DNA of 64,000 nucleotides, from assembly GCA_038496445.1 (NCBI GenBank), contig JALMLS010000310.1:339023-403022 (forward strand), read 5' to 3'. The translations under genes and the position numbers were made by a program. The notes beneath the pieces were generated by a model that saw only the letters and a list, made by a program, of their open reading frames with translations, was not told where the DNA came from and made no database searches. This document shows, piece by piece, positions 55,367 to 64,000 of this stretch; position 1 is the first letter of the stretch, and each line of letters opens with the position of its first letter. The stretch comes from Trichosphaerium sp. ATCC 40318. Its lineage: Eukaryota; Protista; Tubulinea.

Positions 55367-58300
55367 ATGAAGGTGGTACAATTACTCCTTTTATGTCTAG
55401 TATGCTATACGTATGCAACAAACATTGTGTCAGTCATTCAACAGTTAAATAGACGCATAACAAACGAACAAGTACAGTAAGTCACGTTCACAATGCTATT
55501 TAATAATATTTGCACTGTTTGATGGCGTAATGTACTTACGAAACATAGAAACTCACAAGAGTACATTCCGCCGTTTCTACAGTCTAAAAAAGTGAAGGGT
55601 ACGCGTATTATGCAACTGCATACGCTTTCTGCGTTGTTGCAAGTAATTCCATTTAAAAGCACCTAAACGGCATCAAAGGTATTTACCCTAGCTACATTCA
55701 TGTCAATTTCCATGGAGACGTACCTTTCACAGAGCTTAGAAATCGTATCGAGTTTTTTGATAACAATATGTTCGTAACGAACTGGGTATCGCAGGTAAGC
55801 AATGATACAACGCGCAAAAAATAGTATTTGCACATAAGTGAACTTGTTCTTGTCGAATTCTACACTAAACGCTGCAAGACGCACCGAAAACAACTCTTAT
55901 GGACTATAAGCTAATACCTACGTAGGTTATTCTTGAATCAAATAAATACGGCGTTTTAAAAGCAAATGAAACCCAGCTCTCAATGGCTTTAGATACACTT
56001 ACGCAATACAAGAACAAGGTGTGATTTGTTTCATTTTATTTGACGATTCTTGTCTTTTTTTTCTCATTTTTTGTTTCCAACAGAACACCGACTATGAAGA
56101 CCCAATATACTGCTTTTGGCAACAAGTGCTTCGCAATGGTACATGGACATCTTTTCCTACCAATATTGGAGCACCTCTGGAAAAACTAGGCAGTTTCGGA
56201 GCCGTTCTAGAGCATTTTCTAAAAGAAATCGGTACACATTTTGTTAGAAACTCTTGTGGCTGTTTTGACTCATTCTGCATACTGTAGGCCTTTCAAAATT
56301 GGCTCCTATTGTAAAACCACTTGTATCTGGCCCCGCATTTGTATTGAGCGCGTTTGCAATTCCTCCAGATGCTGACGATACTTCTGTGAACTTAATGCTT
56401 GGCAAGTCTATGATGTCGACCTCGTTGATTTCTTAGTTTATTCTTCTTTTTTCTGTATCGTTCTCACTCTTTGTTTTGTAGGAGCTCTATTAAAAGAACA
56501 AGAGAATAAATACAAAAACGAGTTAGATTCTTGGCTATCTCACAATAAGAACATATCAGCTGCTGTTGAAAAGTTGGTTAAATACGCCTACAAGCCATTT
56601 GCTTCTGATATCGATTCTAACTTGATTGATCCACGGACATACTATTGGATAAGGTACACCATTATATTGGTATAGTTTTGTTAGTTAATATGTTTAAAAG
56701 AGACTTCTTGGCTCAAGAGAAAGAAAACAGTGCGTTGTTTTGAGTCTTTTTTTAGCTTCTTTTAACCAGTGTTTAGATGATTCTCCGTCACTCTACTTTG
56801 TTAGTACATGGTTATCTAGTGTTTCAGAGCGTCGTAATGGATCTTCATTGGTCAATATGCCATTTGAAATAAACAACGTAAGCGCTTATCTTAGCTCGAC
56901 GAGCTTTTTGTTTACGTTTGTTGTTTTAGGTTGATCTTACCGTTGCAGCTAATACAATCTTTGGTCTTGGAGGTGCAGTTCTTAACGATGTTGCAAACCC
57001 AGAATCATGGTTTAGCACAGAAGCACAAAAGCTGTACTCTGACACAGCAAGCCTTATAGCTTGGTACACAACTAACCTAGTGATTTATTGTTGAGTATCT
57101 AATAATCTCTTAGGGCTATAAACACCGGAGTCGCAGACAAAAGACCAGAGTTATCTCTAGTGTACGCAATAGTTTCTTTGGGATATCTTCTGTGATTCTC
57201 ACAAGCTGTCGCAGGTATTATCCACCAAAGTATGACTTTTTATGGTTTGCTGCTCGATCTGTATTCTTGCTTGAGGAGAAGAAAGATAATATGACTTACG
57301 GATGCTTTAAAAAAGCTAAGATGGAGTTGACTGAGGCAATGAAAGGTCCTGGTACTCAGAGTCTTCTTAAAGATAGTGTTGTTGATAAGGATAACAATGA
57401 TTGGGTTTATTGGGATGATTTCTTAGGAGATGGTACGTCAATGTAACAAAAAGAAGTCACGTGACGAATAATTTAAAACGTGTGAAGCTTTATCAAAGTA
57501 ACAAACATATCGACTTGGGGCGCTGTCTGTTTTTTCTATTGACCACGCAAGTTTCCATGTGAAAGTGTTTAACTTTTATTCTATTGATGTGTTGATTGTG
57601 ATGTAGGTGATAAAGTGTTTGGCTTTAAAAAGAACAACGCAGAAGATAGACTTTTCTCTACTTCTGTTGCTGTTAATGCTCTTATTGATATATGGTCCAT
57701 TCCCGACGAAAAATGTGTTCGCAGATGGTCTTCTGATGTACCTCAGGCATGTATTTCTAATACAACGATTGTAGTGGTTCAGTAGATTAACTGTATATTA
57801 GTCTATTGTTCAAACCGTAAACAAGGCAGTTGCTTTCATATCAAAGTTTATTTTGGGATCAAAGTATAAGCGAGAGAATGCCTTCTTTAGTGGATCAATG
57901 AAAGGATTAGGTAACCTTATTTCGAGTTTTCTACCTCCATACAAGTCATTTATTTAGAAACTAATGTATGTTAGATACACTACCATTTAGGTATCCTGGA
58001 AATTACGCTGTTTATTTGAACGGTACAGTTCTTAACAATCCTGGAAAAGGGTAAGCTTGAATTTTATTTCTTGTTTTTTTCAGTGTTATCCATACTAATA
58101 TGTGCGTGTAGTGATATCACTACAAGTCTTTCTTATGGCGTTTCCGGTCTAATACCACAAGATGAGTATGAAACCCAGCTTGGCGAGCTACACTTCGGTA
58201 CGAGTATTCTCAATTTTGGTGCTTCTTGTAGCTAACAGTATTGCTCCTCTAGGTTTCAAAACGCCTCTTAAGTTTGCTGGATACAATCCTCCTAATCCTG

Positions 58301-58392
58301 TAGCAGCTTTCCCTTATTGGTCATCACCAGCTTTTACTGATGCCATGGCTTTATTGGCTCTTAACAAACATAATAGCTTGTCAACATGTTAA
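55367..58392 (+). CDS. Secreted uncharacterised protein, putative alpha/alpha-toroid with DxDDT motif
   Basis: Signal MKVVQLLLLCLVCYTYA; spliced exons FDNNMFVTNWV, IPPDADDTSVN, IDPRTYYWIR, MPFEINNVDLTVAAN, YYPPKYDFLWF, EDRLFSTSVAVNAL, NAFFSGS; stop at 58392. Confidence 0.7.
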
Positions 58393-58925
58393 CAACATTA
58401 TTTTATACAAACAACATGATATACCAAAGTAATAAAGTAGTTTACCTAGCATACTTGTATTACTCTGTAAGGAGGAGCAAGTGCCATAATTTCTGACTTG
58501 TAAGATATTGTATAAAAACTCTAAAACATTGCTTTTGAGTGGTTGCAGAGCTGTAACGTTTGTAGAAAGCAACGTGAACTCAGTAAATATAACTTGGATT
58601 TGACTTTTCAGCGCCTGATTTCACTTAAAACCAGCTTCACAGGTACCAAGGTTAGGAATGAATTTTGGTACAAAGGAATCACTGTCAATATAACGTACTA
58701 TTCTTGTACCAATTCAGGTGATATACAGTTCAATACGCTTAATACAAAACATAAAGTAAAAAACTTGGAAATAACAATATTCTTGGATGCCATCATTGAT
58801 TCAACGCCAACTCCATGAGCTTGTTTAGTTAGGTACCACAACAGAAATACAACATATTTTAATGTAATAGTATTCAAACAATGTTAATGATCTTGTGTGT
58901 TTATTTCTTGTTGTATTGCTACAGT

Positions 58926-59286
58926 TTAACACAGCTGACCTTCAAGTTTAGTAAATGTTGAACGCAGCATTGCTTTTTTCATTCCATTTTTAAAGGTGAG
59001 TTTACTCTCGTTACAATACTCTGCACAGAGTTTAGCTACATCAACTGCCTTGCTTGCTAAAACAGACCTGACGATGACTAGGTGAAGTAAGATATTTACA
59101 AGCCCGAGAGGTTGACGTACTGGCACATTGAGCAACACTTAAGGAAAGCTTTTTGTCTTCCAGAATTTCTATTGTTCTTTCCACTGTCTTTGATGCCAGC
59201 CCTTTCTTTATGTAGGCCTTGATTTCATTCGCCTCTCTATCACTTGCTGCTCGTCTACACATTCCTTTCTTTGCTCCCACACTCAT
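58926..59286 (-). CDS. Small hypothetical protein (about 110 aa, probably one short intron)
   Basis: Overlapping ORFs 59041-59286 and 58926-59138 can be joined through a GTAAAT..AG intron; ATG in an A-rich context; no recognisable domain. Confidence 0.4.
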
Positions 59287-59859
59287 GCTGTTGTTGTTGT
59301 TGTGATAGTTTTACTCTGAATGTTCTTTGACTAATGGGGTTTTTTTGTGTCTTTTCGATGAATACCAAGACTAGGCGAACTCATTGACATTTGTCTTGTT
59401 TGTTTCTTTATGCAGTGTATTTTTGGAGTGTCGCCAGGTTATTTTCAAAGCATAGTCTTTATTTTTTTCTGATATTTTTGGCAAAAATGACTTGCTTAGG
59501 TTTGCCCGGGCAAAACTTTTTCTTGTAAGCGATCTAGAATTATGGCATAAGTTTGTCTGATATGATGAAAAAAAATCAACTTTTACTGTGAACTTACACG
59601 TGGATATTTTTGTTTTGAGTCACAATACAACGATGTGAACTTGGTGAAAATTTTGCGTTGTGAGTTTTTTTTGCAGTCCGTTTATTGGTTTGTGAGCACA
59701 AATAGGAACGTTGTAATATTTGCTTTCTACACACGTGTATTTTGTCTACACATTGCTTGAAAAGCGACAACTATACCAAAACATGTACTATTGTTGCTGT
59801 GAGATTGTTTAAATATTCGCTCCTCATTTTTACCGTCTGTCAACTCAAATGTCCTTTAA

Positions 59860-61782
59860 AACTCCAAGATGGTTTTGATAACCTAAAGTAACCGAAATTG
59901 GCGCTATTTTAAACATAATACAACGAGCTTTTGATGCCGTTCCAGAAGATTTTACAAGAGAATCTCTTTGCTTGAGATCGCCAAACTAAGCGGCGTACTT
60001 TGGGCGAAACAACGTTTTCCACGTGCTACAGATGCCTAGTACGTACAGGAAGTTATAAGGAGGTATTAGACTTTCTCACAACGTAGGTTTGTTCTTACGC
60101 TTTGATTCTTGAATACCAAACCTGTTGAAAATTTGAATGATATGCACAAAAGAGTTGTTGCTAATTTACAACCATGAGGGTATTTCACACTCGCCTTCTT
60201 TGGGTATTATTTTATAAGTGAAAGAAACCAAGCACCAATACTGTTATGTACTAGTAGCAGTGGTTTGTTCCAATCTTTGTTTATGATATCCTTATGGTTT
60301 AGAAAGCACAGTTTTGTTTCAGTTTTCATTCAAGGCTTCAAAGCTCATCAATATACAAGATCTTACCTTCAGGTACATAAGGACTACATACATGGTAAGT
60401 TTTAGACTTTAAAAGCTCTAAGAGCTAGTCTCATAACGGCAATAGTGATGTGTACACACTTTGTACTTTTCTATGGTGATGTTTATCTGATACGGTTCAA
60501 AGAATAGCGTGTGCCAAATTGAACTAAATCCTACTTCACACTCACATACCTAACCTCTACAATCAACCCTCAGTATATTACTTTAGGTTGTAGAGGTGTT
60601 ACTATGAATCAAGGTTTTAAGGTACACGCAACGTTTGTAAATTAAAGCGTCTAAGGTAGCCTTAACTTAAACAGGAAAAAAAGAACCTTGTGTAAAGTGT
60701 AGCATCTCCTTTAATGTATACTGCCAGTAAGTACCTACTCATTACAACAATAATAACCAATACCACAGCCGCCAAGAAAGGAGGCAAAGTATTAGAACAG
60801 TTCAGCGTTACCCCAGAGGTAATAAAACTGGTACCTGTAACTCGAAGTTGATGGGAACAAGATTCTAGATCTGGGACAAAACGTAACTGTTAGGGGCGTA
60901 AAACGTACGACTAGGCACTTTTAAGTTGAATGAATTACAGCAATTAACTAAGCAAAGGTGCTCTCAGAGACGTTTTAGAGGAATCTCAAGAAAAAAATGA
61001 AAACATCAATGCAGCGTTAGAAGAAGCTGCAGATTGGATGGGTTGTCAAGTACACCCTTTTGATAGTTATGTACTCAGTTCTGTGTAGGCTCTGTGTGAA
61101 CGCTATGTTGTTCAACTTGCTCTAAACAGCGATGATTTCGAAAGAGTTTTGGAGGACAAAGGAATGTTTTCTGCTTTTTCAAAAGTGCCTATTGCTCAGC
61201 TTTCCACGCAAGCTATCGCATTGGCTTCTCTAAAAGCTGTACAAAGTTCCCTGGGATATGTAAAAGAATACGAAGCAGGGATGAAGGTTGCCTTTACAGT
61301 TTTTGTTGACGAGTGCACGAGAAGATATTACTCAGCTACTTTACTAAGCGAGGAAGCGAGTATAGACAAGTATATTGAGTACGTTTCAGCCAAAGACGTG
61401 TACGAGTATCTATCATCCCAAACCGCGTAAGTACAACATATCAAACTATTTTAAAAGAATCCACAGGTATTTAAGGCTACGAAGAGTTAAAATTGGAGAG
61501 TACGCAATGACTCACGCAGTACTGTTCGAACCAGGAACGGATGTAGTTTCGTTTGTCAAAAATCACGTGGACATTATGCGTGGTATTAATGTTGATAAGC
61601 TCTTGTATGTTACACTATTGTTTAGCCTCATCTAACAAATCAACAGGTATTGTTTTTGCAAAGAAAGAAGTAACAGCGTAGTAATGCTTGAAATAAGTAA
61701 ATACTTGTTCAACTACAATGTAGCGGAATATGTGCCTAAGACCGCAGGCCTTCTTACTAGATTCGGTATTGACTATAACTAA
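59860..61782 (+). pseudogene. Degenerate multi-exon gene with a Skp1/BTB-like segment
   Basis: 3' exons are open (ALRDVLEE..LEEAADWMGCQ|ALCERY..), while the 5' part has many stops and frame changes but retains splice-like signals. Confidence 0.35.
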
Positions 61783-62039
61783 GGACTGTCAGATCTAAAT
61801 AAAACGTCATTAATATTTGACCTACGATAGAGTTACATGAGTAGTGATTGTTTCTTGTGATCATTTTTTTACTTTTGTTTCTAGACTTGACCTTTTTCAT
61901 ATGACTTCATTTGAAGGAAGTCGTTTCAAACAATCCATGTACATTTTACTAGCAGTAGTGAAGAATATTGGAACATTTAGATGTTATTTTTAGATTCCCT
62001 CCGATTCAACACGTACAACGATCAGAGCATATCCGACCT

Positions 62040-62250
62040 CCTCGCATTACCATGAAATCAATTTAGTACAAACAAATGTAACAGATGAAGCCTTGAAAGC
62101 ATTGACTGGTGTACATACTATTTGGCTATGTATTAATAACAGATGAGGGTATCAAACCGTTGGCAGGTGTACATGAAATCAATAGCACGTACAAAAGTTA
62201 CAGATGAAGGTTTAAAGGCAATTGCAGGTGTACATACTAACACTACAATC
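62040..62250 (+). pseudogene. Degenerate leucine-rich-repeat fragments
   Basis: Three related units, VTDEALKALTGVHTI, a frameshifted ITDEGIK.LAGVHEI, and VTDEGLKAIAGVHT, separated by frame changes. Confidence 0.55.
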
Positions 62251-62823
62251 AAAAATAAAAACTATACATTTACCACAAGGATTGCTTATGTGCTTGATAA
62301 AACTACAAAAGAACTTGCTTTGGTATATTGTGCAACTACAAATTGCCAGCTTTTTTGTGATGTACGGTTTTGTTCTTGATTTCTCAATCACTCATCTATT
62401 ATTTACAACATGCCACAGAGATTTCATGCCTATCATACATTTCGCGAGATTTCCAGCTGATTTCTTGGAACTAAACATAGAAAAAATTGAAACTAAGATA
62501 GTTAGAACTCTTAGAGTATTGGTGAATAGATACTACTGGTAAATGACTAAGATGTCGATTGGAAACAAATCAAGTTACAATAGGCTTAAAGCTTTGAAGC
62601 CAGTTGACTTGTTTGCCGTTAGTGATCAAAACAAAACAGACGTTAATTCAATCCTTAGATAGTAGTTAGAACTACATTGGCGTGTACTTCCCTCAATCAA
62701 ATATAACATCTTTGTTCATAAAATAACGTTTTTGATAACTATTATCGTTGTTCTTTCTTAATCTACAGCAAAGGTATTGTATGCTTTCTTTTAAACATTC
62801 ACTTTCTGAATTAACACAAGTAG

Positions 62824-63518
62824 ATGAATACATGCTTTCTATTACGCCTACCGCTTGAGCTACAGCTTGATATTGTCGATTTAGACGTTAACATTTATCT
62901 ACAGTGGCCTCTTCTATCAAAACAAGCAGCAAGTACAACAAGGTTTAATGTCAACTTGAACAAGCACAGCAAATGGCTTAAAAGAAGAAGTGTGCTAAAA
63001 CAGTCCAAAGTAGTTGAGCAAACTTGTTGGAAACATGGTGTTCCTCACGGAGAGCATAAGAGGTGGTACTATTCATATTTAGCCAAGCTTCAATTGAAAA
63101 GCGTGTGTAACTACATTGATGGCAAACTTGATGGAGAGTTTAAGTGTTGGTCAAATTGGGGTAAGTTGATTGAGCTTGCTACTTATTCAAAAGGTAAGAT
63201 AGAGGGAGAGAAAAAGGAGTGGTTTTCACGTGGTCAATTAAAAGAGTTTGTAATTATATCAATGGTAAAAAGGAAGGAGAGTATAAGGAGTGGCACCACA
63301 ATGGGAAATTAATGACGATTTGTTTTTATGTTGATGGAAAAAGAGATGGAGAGTTTAAGGAGTGGCATTCCAATGGTAAGTTAGCAATTCTTTGCCATTA
63401 TGCTAATGATAGACGACATGGAAAGTTCTCGCAGTGGTACTATATGGGTAAATTATTTAAGCAACACACTTATGTCAACGGTAAATTAGTTAAGCAACAC
63501 ACTTATAAACAACAATGA
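62824..63518 (+). CDS. Second F-box-like/MORN-variant repeat protein (paralog of 11317-12588), with one frameshift near 63240
   Basis: N-terminus LLRLPLELQLDIVDLD..WPLLSKQAA..TRF matches copy 1; the repeats continue in another frame (ORF 63219-63518) after ttaaaagag. Confidence 0.8.
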
Positions 63519-64000
63519 AACAGAACATCATGGAGTAATGATTGACTTTTATTCAACATAGATATTCAGCATTGTGATATGTAACGTTTGATTGATACTA
63601 CTACTTATAGCGCCAGCAACAGTTTGGATAAGTGTTAAGATCATTGATAGATTGTTTTATTGTTCAAATTAAACATTCTGTTGAGGCGACTGCCTTGTAA
63701 AAACCAGGAGTTTTAAACCACCTACCATTCCAAGGGACGTTGAAAAAGAATAATAGCATCTCCAGTCGTTACCAACGTTCACCAGGGAGCCCGATATTTG
63801 CGTATATGGTCCTCATCCACTACACAAAGGTACTTTTGTGCTCGCCCATTTGGTCCACCGGAAAGGTTCCTTCAGGAAGTGGGTTTTCTTTTGAAGTTTC
63901 TTCGAGGTGAGGGTTATCTGACACCTTGAATTTTTGTCCAAGAACATAGTAAGCGCCAACGGCGCAGTAGCTTGATCCAGAATTTGAGGCATCTTGTTGT

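Noticed and set aside
59300-63700. Endogenous giant-virus or transposon insertion
   Set aside because: No capsid, polymerase, packaging ATPase, integrase or transposase motifs and no terminal repeats seen; only repeat-protein families shared by hosts and viruses.
1-64000. Non-standard genetic code explaining the short ORFs
   Set aside because: The conserved genes are restored by short introns under the standard code; TAA, TAG and TGA all serve as terminal stops.
63700-64000. GC-richer segment at the right edge, with open frames on the minus strand
   Set aside because: Probably the end of a gene outside the window; no recognisable motif, so it cannot be called.

Overview
Gene-dense, AT-rich eukaryotic nuclear DNA with many short spliceosomal introns (GTACG/GTAAG/GTGCG donors, CTAAY-like branch sites, several GC-AG introns), so the supplied ORF track shows only exon fragments. 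I rebuilt the gene models by hand; they are approximate and unverified by transcripts. Frizzled/Smoothened-like receptors, a TKL kinase and F-box/MORN/BTB families suggest a free-living protist, possibly an amoebozoan (inference). About 22 genes and several degenerate copies are present. They include nitronate monooxygenase, a WWE-receiver-PARP, a C2-Rab, a PPR protein, a subtilase, eEFSec, a C1-kinase, an arylsulfatase, two tandem class-F GPCRs, a 2OG oxygenase, FTase-beta, PI4K and a beta-helix protein. The three most striking observations are: (1) a heterotrimeric G-alpha with a non-canonical P-loop and a Gln-to-Pro change in switch II, fused in frame to tandem BTB domains; (2) a tankyrase-type PARP carrying a two-component receiver-like domain; (3) strong enrichment of CACGTG, concentrated in introns. 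I found no RNA genes, CRISPR arrays or intact mobile elements.
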